From an uncultured bacterium (GTDB lineage: Bacteria; Patescibacteriota; Minisyncoccia; Phycocordibacterales; PALSA-1337): a stretch of DNA of 64,000 nucleotides. Below, one piece after another: positions 49,611 to 59,321 of this stretch. The stretch spans positions 640,090-704,089 of the forward strand of contig OY969557.1 in NCBI GenBank assembly GCA_963701025.1. The letters run 5' to 3'. A program made the translations under genes and the position numbers. Numbering within the stretch: position 1 is the stretch's first letter; each line of letters opens with the position of its first letter. The notes under the pieces were generated by a model, which saw nothing but the letters and a program-made list of their open reading frames with translations, ran no database searches and had not been told where the DNA came from.

Positions 49611-50297
49611 ATTTTAAGGGAGTAATTATATCTCCAACCTTTTCCCATCATCGCCAGAAAGACTTACCATATTTTTATTAATACTAGCCATTTTTGTTAT
49701 GCGTTTACCCAAGTTCCTTTCTCGGTTCCACATGCATTGGGATGCGTAATTTTTAAACTTACTAACATCAATTTTTTTAATCTTAGGGGCCTCTGACTCG
49801 GGCACATTTTCTTTAATTATCGTTTCTAACTCATTTTCTTCTTCAAGCCCAAATTTACTTTTTCTAGCCCCGTGATGTTTTCTATTTTTCCAATCAGTTT
49901 CAAGTTGATTTATTTTTATCAGGGTTGATCCACTCGTATATCTTTTTGCGATCTCAAATGAATTTTCAAGGTGTAGGAATCGCTTGTAATAACATGCCGC
50001 TGAATACATGTCAATCAAAATTTCTTGAGTGATGTCATCAAAACTATCTTTTATTGTTTGAGAATTACCTCTCACCAACTTATGGGAAATAAAATAAGCC
50101 AATTTAGCATACTGATTATGGAGATCGACATACTGTTCTTCTGACAACTTGTATTTGATGAATATAAAATTAGTGCTAGACATACTGATTGATCCTTTTT
50201 GGAGTCGTTAGAATTCTTTCAATAGTCCAGCCACGCTTAATGCGGGTATTGAAGGCCTGAATGCTAATTCCTATTTCTTTTGCCCATTCTCGTCTAG

Positions 50298-50789
50298 TTA
50301 AACTTTTTTTATTGAAAGTAATTTTAGATCGGCGTTTATTATTTTGTTGCTGGAAATTATTCGCCCATCTACAATTGTTTTTACAATATCCTTTATCGTT
50401 ATCAACTCTATCAAGGGATAATCCTTTTGCTTATCGCCCATATCGTTATAGAAAACATTAAAGTCCAGCCATTCCTCGCAGATTTTTATTCCTCTACCTC
50501 CATAATCTTTATAGCCAGTATGGTTTTGGTTAAGGCACCTTTGTTTCATTCCACACCAAATGCTATAGACATCATCATACGCTTTACCGTGTTTGGTTGC
50601 AACTTTTATACGTTGGCATCCGCAAGAATATTGGTGTCTTTGGATAAGATTGCTTCCAAATATTTCTTTTTCTTTTCCGCAATAATTGCATCTGCACATC
50701 CAGAACCATCTTTTACTTTTATCTTGACGGGTAGGATAAAGAGCAGTTAGTCCACCGAAAGTTTGATTTGTTATATCTTTACGTGGCAT
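50298..50789 (-). CDS. phage homing-endonuclease-like protein: zinc-ribbon module plus YGGRGI/HNH_3-like region
   Basis: FGGLTALYP...WFWMCRCNYCGKEKEI...SCGC module, then YSIWCGMKQRCLNQNHTGYKDYGGRGIKICEEWLDFNVFYNDMG. Paralogous to 55230..55754. Confidence 0.55.
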   Translation of the reverse strand: MPRKDITNQTFGGLTALYPTRQDKSKRWFWMCRCNYCGKEKEIFGSNLIQRHQYSCGCQRIKVATKHGKAYDDVYSIWCGMKQRCLNQNHTGYKDYGGRGIKICEEWLDFNVFYNDMGDKQKDYPLIELITIKDIVKTIVDGRIISSNKIINADLKLLSIKKV

Positions 50790-50816
50790 AAGTAAGATTA
50801 TACACTAAATAAACAT

Positions 50817-52244
50817 ATGACTCAAGAAAATAATGGTAAAAGTAATGGGAAAAGCAGAGTATCTCTTCACGGTTTATTCGACCGCACTCGTGAGAATCTT
50901 CCTCATCGCTTAACGCCTGCCTCAAAGATTGATTACGAATCGGGTTTCGTATCGCTTGTCAATCCTTCAGGAGGTAAGGATCAATACGGTAATATTTACT
51001 ATGCCTCGGACATAAGTTTACAAGGCCCAAATCAGGCGAATACATATCGAATGATCTATGACCTTTCTATTTTGGCCCCGCTATTTGAGGTTTTTTATGC
51101 GTTGTGTTCTCTTCCTTATTCCGTATTACCTTATGATATAAAAGATTCCAGGCAGAAGTATGCGGCGGACAGTATTAAAGGTATTCTGGATGAATGGCCA
51201 GAATTCCAATCATTTATGATGAACCTTGCCTGGGCGATCTATTACGGGCGACAAGGAGCAGTTATTGATTATGATTGGGATTTCAGTTACGGACCTCGAA
51301 AGATGATCCCAAAAGGCTGGTTCCCAGTACACGGAGATACTTTACTTTTTGATTCATACGGGTTTGCGGGAATTCTTACTGGCCCTTGGAATGCAGACAT
51401 CGAAAAAGAAAGATATTTCAGTTGCGTAGAAGGATGGGGAGTAAGAGTGCCTCCTCAAGAGAAAGAGGCTTGGGTAGTCCATAGCAATCTTAAACTCCCA
51501 GGTGAGTGGCGGGATTATAGAACTGGCGGCAGGGTGTGGGGACAAGGACTCAGAGATTTTCTCTATCCAACATACATCGCTAAAAACGCTCTTTGGGATA
51601 ATATTTACCAATTTTGCGATTCGTTTGGCAACCTTGGAAGAATAATTTATTATTATGAATTTGGCTCTGATCCTTCGTATCAGACGATGGCGGATGCAGC
51701 CCAGAAAGCGATGACAAGTTATACCCTCTTACTTCCCCGTCAAGCGGGACAGAAAGATGCGGCAGAAGGGGTCGAAGTTGTGCAACCTCCAAGTGGCCTT
51801 ATGGACCTCGTTAGAATGATTGAAAAATTTGAGAGTTGGAATAGGTTGGCGATCTGCGGACAGGAACTAACCGCGGAATCCCACAACACAGGCTTAGGTT
51901 CTAAGACTGCCCATACTCATCAGTCTACTTTTGCACGATTGATTAACTTTCACGCTCGCCAACTTCAAGGCACAATTACTCAGCAAATGGTGCGAGTCCT
52001 TCAGAAATATAACGGGTTTAGTGATGTCCCTCCTCTTCGATTTGAATTTAGTTTAGATTTGCGAGACTCCCAAGAGAAGATCGAGTCTGCATTAAAACTT
52101 CATCAAATGGGCGTTGTTATTGACCAGAATGAGCTTTTACAGGCCGCTGGCTTCGAGATTCCAACCGAACTCGGACTTGATACTGGGAAAGAAGATGTCA
52201 CCGATGTAGAGAATGATATTGGTGCGTCAACTGGGGTAGATTAA
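50817..52244 (+). CDS. phage portal protein (DUF935/Mu gp29-like)
   Basis: 475 aa, first gene of the structural block after the terminase remnant. Acidic C-terminus. Length and position fit a portal; the family call is tentative. Confidence 0.6.
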   Translation: MTQENNGKSNGKSRVSLHGLFDRTRENLPHRLTPASKIDYESGFVSLVNPSGGKDQYGNIYYASDISLQGPNQANTYRMIYDLSILAPLFEVFYALCSLPYSVLPYDIKDSRQKYAADSIKGILDEWPEFQSFMMNLAWAIYYGRQGAVIDYDWDFSYGPRKMIPKGWFPVHGDTLLFDSYGFAGILTGPWNADIEKERYFSCVEGWGVRVPPQEKEAWVVHSNLKLPGEWRDYRTGGRVWGQGLRDFLYPTYIAKNALWDNIYQFCDSFGNLGRIIYYYEFGSDPSYQTMADAAQKAMTSYTLLLPRQAGQKDAAEGVEVVQPPSGLMDLVRMIEKFESWNRLAICGQELTAESHNTGLGSKTAHTHQSTFARLINFHARQLQGTITQQMVRVLQKYNGFSDVPPLRFEFSLDLRDSQEKIESALKLHQMGVVIDQNELLQAAGFEIPTELGLDTGKEDVTDVENDIGASTGVD

Positions 52245-52327
52245 AAATTTCTATGTGAACAATTAGATATACATAGTATAACCCTGCAAGATCACGAAAA
52301 GAATAGGAAATTTGGAACATAAAAAAC

Positions 52328-53422
52328 ATGTTTAAGACTTACGAAAACGTACCGCTTTTTCACGAACTTACAGATGTAGATTCTAATGGGAACATTATCG
52401 ATTTCAATAAAGAAAAATTGGAGCAACTAGTAAAAAATACTAACAATGCAATCGAGGATGGAGAGTTTCCTTCAATAATTGTTGAGGGACCGAAAGGAGA
52501 TCAACATGGCGGTCCACGACCTTCAATCGGACACATTGACCATATGTGGCTGGGGAAACGTAAAAATAAACATACCGTATTTGGAAGGTTACAAGTGCCT
52601 GAAGATAAAACATACCTTCTCGATTCTTTCCCAAAACGCTCTGCGGAGATTAAACCAACTAAAAATATTCTGACAAGCCTTGTTGTGCTTGGCTCAAATC
52701 CTGCATTAAGTTTAGGTAATTTGTATTCTCATGGAATGCAAACTATGACATATTCAGGCGGAAAAGTAATGGCGACCACAATACATAAAAATAAGGACAA
52801 TATGGAAGACGGAAAAATTTTATCTGACGAACTTAAAGAGGCCATCATGGGCCTGATTGAAGAATCTGACATGTTCAAATTCTATCACGACCTTATGAGC
52901 AAAGAAGTCGAAATCTGTGAAGAGGAATCCAAGACAGATGCAAAAGAAGATGCTGAGATGAAAATGGATATGGCAAAGGACGCCGAAGGCCGAGACCCAG
53001 AAGAGGAAAAATCTGATAAAGTTGAAGATGAAGAGGAAGAAGGGACTGCCCCCAACGGGAAAATGGAACACCCTGAAAAAGTTGAAGAAGAGGAACATGA
53101 GCCTGAGATGAAAAAGAAAAGGGAAGAAGAAGCCGCTAAGTATTCAGCCGTGGAAATGGAACTTCGCCAAGCACGGGCTGACTTGCGATTGCTGAAAAGG
53201 AAGGACGCCCTTCAGCATCTTTCTACCGAGGGTTATACCTTCAATCTCGATGAAGAATTGAATGGGAGCATTGATCTCGATGACGACAACTTCGGAAAGC
53301 ATGTTGTGGAAAAAATCAAGAAATATTCTGGTCGTGCCCCGATTGGAGTTAAAGTCTCAGATGAATTGAGTCGTGCCCCGATCGATAAAACTGGACCTAC
53401 CCAAAAGAATTGGGTGAGTTGA
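52328..53422 (+). CDS. putative scaffolding protein (acidic Glu/Lys-rich coiled-coil), possibly fused to head-maturation protease-like N-terminal region
   Basis: Central 120 aa are extremely E/K/D-rich (EEEEHEPEMKKKREEEAAK). Lies between portal and capsid genes. Confidence 0.5.
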   Translation: MFKTYENVPLFHELTDVDSNGNIIDFNKEKLEQLVKNTNNAIEDGEFPSIIVEGPKGDQHGGPRPSIGHIDHMWLGKRKNKHTVFGRLQVPEDKTYLLDSFPKRSAEIKPTKNILTSLVVLGSNPALSLGNLYSHGMQTMTYSGGKVMATTIHKNKDNMEDGKILSDELKEAIMGLIEESDMFKFYHDLMSKEVEICEEESKTDAKEDAEMKMDMAKDAEGRDPEEEKSDKVEDEEEEGTAPNGKMEHPEKVEEEEHEPEMKKKREEEAAKYSAVEMELRQARADLRLLKRKDALQHLSTEGYTFNLDEELNGSIDLDDDNFGKHVVEKIKKYSGRAPIGVKVSDELSRAPIDKTGPTQKNWVS

Positions 53423-53520
53423 CGAACTATTGCCTTGCGAATGGTTTAGATTTTCGACAAGAATATTTCAAGAAATGGAATTAATATAATAAATAAAATT
53501 AGAGTTTAAAAGTAAAACAA

Positions 53521-53594
53521 TTTAACGAAGGCGAGAGCCTGAGATAAAAATAAAAAAAGGAATTTAACGAGCCTCACGGCTCAACGGAAGTAAA
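53521..53594 (+). promoter_or_regulatory. duplicated about 75-nt leader, copy 1 (upstream of DUF2190 gene)
   Basis: TTTAACGAAGGCGAGAGCCTGAGATAAAAATAAAAAAAGGAATTTAACGAGCCTCACGGCTCAACGGAAGTAAA-ATG. About 93% identical to 54015-54091. The GAGCC-loop-GGCTC hairpin lies just 5' of the RBS. Confidence 0.5.
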
Positions 53595-53984
53595 ATGAGT
53601 TTTCAAGCCCCAAATAGAACATACACCGCAGGTGGCACAATTAATCAGGGAACTTTCGTGACTCTGTCCGAAGATTTTATTGTTGTGCAAAGTACCACTG
53701 GTGATTCTCCGATTGGTGTGACGGACCTCGGTGCGGTGGATTTTCAGTCAACCCATCTTGCCGTAAGCGGCCAGCAAGTTTCTGTTTTTGGTACTGCACA
53801 AGAATGCTGGTTGACTCTTGGGAGCGGTGGATGCAATCCTAATGTTCCACTGAAATCGGACACGAGTGGAAATGCGATTGCAGCAAGTTCGACAAACAAG
53901 ATTGGTGCTTGGAGTTTGGAAGGTGGATCGGCGGGGACTTTAATTCACGCTCGCGTTGCTGCAACAGGGGAATTCACTCCGTAA
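53595..53984 (+). CDS. DUF2190-family phage head protein (decoration/cement-like)
   Basis: 129 aa with Gly/Thr/Val-rich beta-rich composition (TAGGTINQGTFVTLSEDFIVVQSTTGDSPIGVTDLGAV). Sits immediately upstream of the major capsid gene. Confidence 0.55.
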   Translation: MSFQAPNRTYTAGGTINQGTFVTLSEDFIVVQSTTGDSPIGVTDLGAVDFQSTHLAVSGQQVSVFGTAQECWLTLGSGGCNPNVPLKSDTSGNAIAASSTNKIGAWSLEGGSAGTLIHARVAATGEFTP

Positions 53985-54014
53985 TAAATATTAGTTTACG
54001 TTTAATAAGGAAAG

Positions 54015-54091
54015 TTTTAACGAAGGCGAGAGCCTGAGATAAAAAATAAAAAAAAGGAATTTAACGAGCCTTACGGCTCAACGGAAGTAAG
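54015..54091 (+). promoter_or_regulatory. duplicated about 75-nt leader, copy 2 (upstream of major capsid gene)
   Basis: Near-identical to 53521-53594, including hairpin GAGCCTTACGGCTC and RBS GGAAGTAAG-ATG. Confidence 0.5.
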
Positions 54092-55206
54092 ATGCCAGTT
54101 TTTAATCCAGTCAATTATCCGAGTCAGGGTACTGTATACGTTCCAGCTGCAGACCAAAATCTGCGGAGCAACTATTCCAGAAACCCGAACAGCTACGCTG
54201 TGAATCGCGTTGCGACAATTAACAATGTTGCTAAAGAGCAATTTAAGTATCTTGCTTTCGATCCGGGTGCTGCATCTCGAATTCCTTTGTCGAGTGATTC
54301 TCATCTGGATAGCCGTCTTTACGCTTGGAATGCCAATGCTGATCCGGTTAAAAACTTCTCCAAGAAACAATCTTTCCAGCCAGCAATGACTCAACGCTAC
54401 GGTGTTGAATTTATTATTGATCAGTTGACGATTGATCAAGCAGAGTGGCCGATCATCGCCGATCATGCGACAGACGGTGCAAACGTGCTGATGACAAATC
54501 GTACCCTTAATGCTTATACCACGCTTGGTAATTCCGCCAACTGGGTTGATTTCGGTAATAACAGTATTAATAACGCAACTGCAACCAGCCTCGGTGGGGG
54601 TTATTTCTCTGCTGGTACTAACACTAACCCGTACTTGCAACTTGGTTTGTCGGCTGCTGTGCGTTCGATTGAACGAGGCACTAACGCGGTTGGCAATGCA
54701 AATATTATCGTCGCCTTAATGTCCCCCACCGTAGCGATGGGTATTGCCCCCTCCGCAGAGTATAGAGGGTATTTGGCCAACAGTGTTTACGCTTTGCCTT
54801 ATCTTAATGAGGCACTCAAGTCTGATGCTCTTGGGATGAATAATTTAACGAATCAGGCATTTCGTTACGGTTTGGGACCAAATGTACGGCATCGACGTGG
54901 TTGTGGACCCAACAGTGGTTAATTTAAGCTTCTGAAGGACAACCAAATGATTTTGTTTATCTTTGGGATGCGGTTGCTCCGAATAGCATGGTTTTAATGT
55001 CTCGTCCAGGCACACTTGAAGCACCTCTCAACACGATGAGTTGCTTGACGAACGGACTTTATGCCGACTTGACAACCGTGATTGAAGCAAAACCTTTGTA
55101 TCAGAGAACGAATGGCGTGATCTCTGACAACTATGTATACATCCTACGTCCCCAGTTGGGTTATCTCATCACCTCCGTATTAAGCTCGTTTAATCCGGCT
55201 AACTAA
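54092..55206 (+). CDS. major capsid protein (lambda gpE-like family suspected), interrupted by frame changes near 54900-54990
   Basis: ORF 54092..54922 (276 aa) plus ORF 54988..55206 (72 aa) in a different frame. An intermediate frame reads YGIDVVVDPTVV. Position after scaffold and DUF2190 genes. Confidence 0.55.
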
Positions 55207-55229
55207 GTTTCCTTTTAAGAAGTGCTTTC

Positions 55230-55754
55230 TTAAAGATCAAGCCTCTTTGAATGAAGAGGCTTTTTTATTGCTTCTTCAAAAGAATAACCATAAACAAAAA
55301 TACGATTACGAAGAGTGGTATATTTAATACCTAATCTTTTGGAAATCTCATATAGAGTTAATTCTTCTCCTTGAAAAGGATAAAGAATAATATTTCCTTT
55401 ATTCGTATTTTGAATTGAATATGAGGACCATCGTATATTTCCAGGAACATAATCTTCATTTGAATTTATTCGATCAAGAGTAGTTCCCTCGGGTTTCTGG
55501 CCAAGATTTTCTAAAATCCATTTTTCAAATTCTTTGAAATCGTTTATCCAATCCTCGAATACTTTTATTCCTTTCCCGCCATAGTAAGAATAAACTGAAT
55601 GATTAGGATTTAGACATCTCTGTTTCATTCCTATCCATGTGTTGTACAGCGGGGATTTCTTATTTCCGCCGTTTCTCCGTACTCTACCCTCAGTTCTACG
55701 AAGATATGCTTCGTGATGACTTAATTTATCTTTTTCTTTATCTTTGTATGGCAT
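55230..55754 (-). CDS. homing-endonuclease-like protein (YGGRGI motif plus HNH_3-like TLDRINSNEDYVPGNIRW)
   Basis: LYNTWIGMKQRCLNPNHSVYSYYGGKGIKVFEDW then GTTLDRINSNEDYVPGNIRWSS, which matches the SLDRIDNNGNYEPGNCRW signature. Starts MPYKDKEK. Confidence 0.55.
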   Translation of the reverse strand: MPYKDKEKDKLSHHEAYLRRTEGRVRRNGGNKKSPLYNTWIGMKQRCLNPNHSVYSYYGGKGIKVFEDWINDFKEFEKWILENLGQKPEGTTLDRINSNEDYVPGNIRWSSYSIQNTNKGNIILYPFQGEELTLYEISKRLGIKYTTLRNRIFVYGYSFEEAIKKPLHSKRLDL

Positions 55755-56188
55755 TTTGGTTTACCTTCTTCATTAAGTTCGATCTTTTCAAAATCATAAC
55801 ATAAAAGATCGCCCGCTTCTACCGACCTATGACAGATCGCACATAGAACGGTGCATTTGTTCAATTCTTGTATCAAATCTTTTCGAGAACGAAATCCAGA
55901 TGAGGCGAGAGCGAACGACTTTGCCATTGGATTAATATGATGACAATCCAGATGGTAGGGTTTCAATTCACCGCAATTACAATTAGGGTTCAAGCAACCA
56001 TATGATTCTTTTATAGATGCAATCCATGCTCTGGTCTTTTTCGCCCTTATTGATGACCGATTACTACGTTTTCTTCTAACTTCTGGGTTTTTACCGTATT
56101 CTTTCTGAAAAACCTTAATTTTTATTTTATGTTTCTCATAATATCGTTTGTTTGCGGGTTTTCTATCTTCTTTGTTTTTATAAGGCAT
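55721..56188 (-). CDS. HNH endonuclease
   Basis: CNCGELKPYHLDCHHINP...NKCTVLCAICH is the classic HNH Cys/His pattern. Starts MPYKNKED. Confidence 0.8.
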   Translation of the reverse strand: MPYKNKEDRKPANKRYYEKHKIKIKVFQKEYGKNPEVRRKRSNRSSIRAKKTRAWIASIKESYGCLNPNCNCGELKPYHLDCHHINPMAKSFALASSGFRSRKDLIQELNKCTVLCAICHRSVEAGDLLCYDFEKIELNEEGKPKCHTKIKKKIN

Positions 56189-56388
56189 TCATTAGTGGAG
56201 TTAAGTCTGAATAGTTATTTTCCATTCTCCATCATAAAAAATCCTCTTTGACATTGTTCATCTTCTCTAGAAGACTTTGTGAAATGAAATCCCCTATAAT
56301 GATCTTTTATCTGGTAAAGACCTTTATATTCTGGAGTGTTTGTATCGTGAAAAAACATCATTCCTTTAGGTTTAATGACTCGTATGTG

Positions 56389-56766
56389 TTAATCAATAGA
56401 ATCTGTAAAATGATCTGCATCAGATATAAGGAAATCATATTGATAATCTCGGCAATGGGATAAGAAATTTTTTTCGTTTGAAGCTATTACTGATACACCT
56501 TCATTTTTTAATGTTTCTGCCCAATTAGGTTCACGCCCGCTGTAATCCCACCAATTATCTACACAAGTTAATTTACCGATCTTATTGTACTCAATACAAT
56601 GGATTGCAACGAATGTACAATATCCTGTACCTACGCCAAGTTCTAGGATATTCATTGGCTTATAAGACAATAATGTACCAGCAAGAAGGACACCGTGAGC
56701 AAGATCAACAGCGGTATTTCCATTCGGAGATACTTTTAGATAATCGAATAAATCATTCAATGGCAT
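56389..56766 (-). CDS. class I SAM-dependent methyltransferase (O-MTase family 3-like, small)
   Basis: Motif I ILELGVGTGYCT, acidic CVDNWWD. 125 aa. Sits between two HNH genes. Confidence 0.65.
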   Translation of the reverse strand: MPLNDLFDYLKVSPNGNTAVDLAHGVLLAGTLLSYKPMNILELGVGTGYCTFVAIHCIEYNKIGKLTCVDNWWDYSGREPNWAETLKNEGVSVIASNEKNFLSHCRDYQYDFLISDADHFTDSID

Positions 56767-57290
56767 ATTTTATGTATTGGGGAGCCATTTTGATCGAGGT
56801 TGCAGCGTTGTAATAAAGAACAATCTAAATCTTTATAAGTCGCCATTCTATGACAAAAACAACAAAGTATGCAGCATTTGTTTATTTCTCTTATTAGAAT
56901 TTCAATTTTTCGTGTCGAAACCTTTGATAGATTAAATTCTTTTTCTTTAGGGTTGATGTGATGAAAATCCAAACAATAATCTAAAACCTTTTCTTTGAAT
57001 TCACAATTTGGATTTTGACATCCATAATGAAGTTTAATAATTGAAAGGAATTCTTTTTGTTTCACCCTATTTCTTTTGCCTCTTCTACGCCCAACTTCTG
57101 GAGTTTTTGCGTGACACTTGCGATTTGCTTCTCGACATTTTTCGGCATTATCCTCTCGCCATTTTTTAAAATATCCCAGTCGTTGACGTTTATCATTGTA
57201 TTGTTTATCTCTTGCCCTATATTTCTCTATATTATGTTCTCTGTATCGCCTTTGGCATTCTCTACGTTTTTTGGGGTCTTTGTAAGGCAT
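56757..57290 (-). CDS. HNH endonuclease
   Basis: YGCQNPNCEF...LDFHHINP...NKCCILCCFCH. Starts MPYKDPKK, paralogous to 55721..56188. Confidence 0.8.
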   Translation of the reverse strand: MPYKDPKKRRECQRRYREHNIEKYRARDKQYNDKRQRLGYFKKWREDNAEKCREANRKCHAKTPEVGRRRGKRNRVKQKEFLSIIKLHYGCQNPNCEFKEKVLDYCLDFHHINPKEKEFNLSKVSTRKIEILIREINKCCILCCFCHRMATYKDLDCSLLQRCNLDQNGSPIHKICH

Positions 57291-58655
57291 TCTTCCATTT
57301 TACCCGAAGAATGATGTATAAGCAATACATAAGTTATGCCAAGTTATGCAACACCTGCGGATATGTTGAATTTCTACGATGTCAATACTGTTGGCCGATT
57401 GGTGAACAACACGGGCACGCCAGAATTCTCTCAACTACTCACAGACCCCAATCTGGCAGCGATTTATCTTCTTCCTCTGGCACAGTTCTTTCTTATTGTT
57501 TACGAGGAGGAATATATTCCGACGCTCAATTGCAAGCATTGACTGATATAAGTCAAGAATGGTTGAAACAATTAGTTTGCGATATTGCTATCTGGAGGTG
57601 CGTGTTACGTCGCGGGTTGCCCATCAGTGAGTATCCACAATGCCAACTTGCTCTACAATCTCTCGCTGCTCTTGCCGCAGGTCAGCAATTGTTTAATGTT
57701 GCAACGGTAATAGAAGCAGGAAATATGGTCATGATCCAGTTGTTACAATTGGGCAAATATTGAGCCAAAATTATACCAGGAATCGTATTTACTTTCTTCC
57801 TCAGCAAACTGGTGCCCAACAGCAATGGGGCGGAGCCACAAATACAGGTGCGGGAAACTAAATATAACAGAAAATCAAAACAAGGAAATAAATGAGTCTT
57901 TACGAACAATCCAGCGTGGCTACGATAGTTAATGGCACAGCCCTCTTAATGGTTGCTCAAACGCAATTAGGTGGTGGCTACCCAGGAGATTTTGCGAGTG
58001 GTTCTCCAACTGGTGATACTTATACGATTCTTGGAGTAACTTCTGCGGACGGAGTAAAACTCCATCGCATGACACATCTCAAGACCAATTTTTACGGATC
58101 CTCGTGGCCCTGCGGTCGAAGATCAACGAATTAATTTGGGAGTCGATGGATTTCTTGAGTTTGATTTATTTCAGTATGACCAAGATACTTTATGGACCTA
58201 CATCGAACAAGGTGCCGCATCTCTGGACTCAGCCGGTAATCCAACAGGTTTTGGTGTGAATATCGGAAATTTAATGTACGATAATTACAATCTTCAAAAT
58301 GCGTCCAATCTAACCAGTTGCCTGTGGGTAGGTGCCCCTAAAAATCTATATGATCGTGGACGACTTTCCTTTATTTTCCCGAGGACATTCGTAGAAAACG
58401 ATCAGAACATAGGCTCTCCATTGGGGATAATTTGTCAGTGCATATGCGAATTCATTTCAATCCCGATGCTAGTGGCTTCGCTTACTATAGATTCCCAATT
58501 AATGAGTTTAACGCTCCAACAATTAACACAGAAATTACTGTGAATATTGATACGTTTGCGTATAGTACCGACCCATCGTAGAAAATTATTACTCTATTAA
58601 TTCATGGCTGAATTCTTTGAATATGAGGTAGAGGGCATTTAGAAAAGTTGACGCG

Positions 58656-59246
58656 GTGCGTCTCCTCCTTGATTGGCAAAACTCTTGCGATGCAAAAGTC
58701 CAATCTGGGCTTTTGAAATTGATGGACAACCCCCGACTTGGTGATCTTATTGCTCCAAAAGAAAATGAAACCGAAGAGGAAACGATCGCCCGCAATGCCG
58801 CAAATGATTTGACTTTAAAATTTAATGATCAGATTATTAAAGGGCAATTGTCCGCGATAGATGCTCTGAAAGGATTGTTTCGTAAGATTCTCGACATTCC
58901 ACCATATGAATTTAGAGATGGTGTAGATTTTGGCATGACGGATACAAAACTCGAAGAACTCATCGCTCGATGGTGGGTTGAAATGGCAACTGAAAAAAAA
59001 AATACCGAGTTAGAGCCATCCTCGCCACATTCTACAAAACTACCCAGACGATCAAAAAGAAGAAAGTTAGGATATTTTTTAAATCTCGAAACTGCACTCG
59101 CATGGCAATCCCGACCAATTATCGAAGGGATTGCCATTTCTCTTGGGGGAATCAGCAAAGAATGGTTGTCCTCTTTTATCGACTCCCCAGAACTTCTTGA
59201 CCAAACTTATAAGTCAATTCAATCGAGAGTAAAGAACCCTAAATAG
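58656..59246 (+). CDS. hypothetical protein (possible tail assembly chaperone by position)
   Basis: 196 aa ORF immediately upstream of the tape-measure-like gene. Confidence 0.35.
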   Translation: MRLLLDWQNSCDAKVQSGLLKLMDNPRLGDLIAPKENETEEETIARNAANDLTLKFNDQIIKGQLSAIDALKGLFRKILDIPPYEFRDGVDFGMTDTKLEELIARWWVEMATEKKNTELEPSSPHSTKLPRRSKRRKLGYFLNLETALAWQSRPIIEGIAISLGGISKEWLSSFIDSPELLDQTYKSIQSRVKNPK

Positions 59247-59321
59247 GTAGATAAGGAGAATCCCATTAGCGACGACATCTTTCAAAGCATATATCAAGAG
59301 CAAGTAAAACACAATGAGTTA

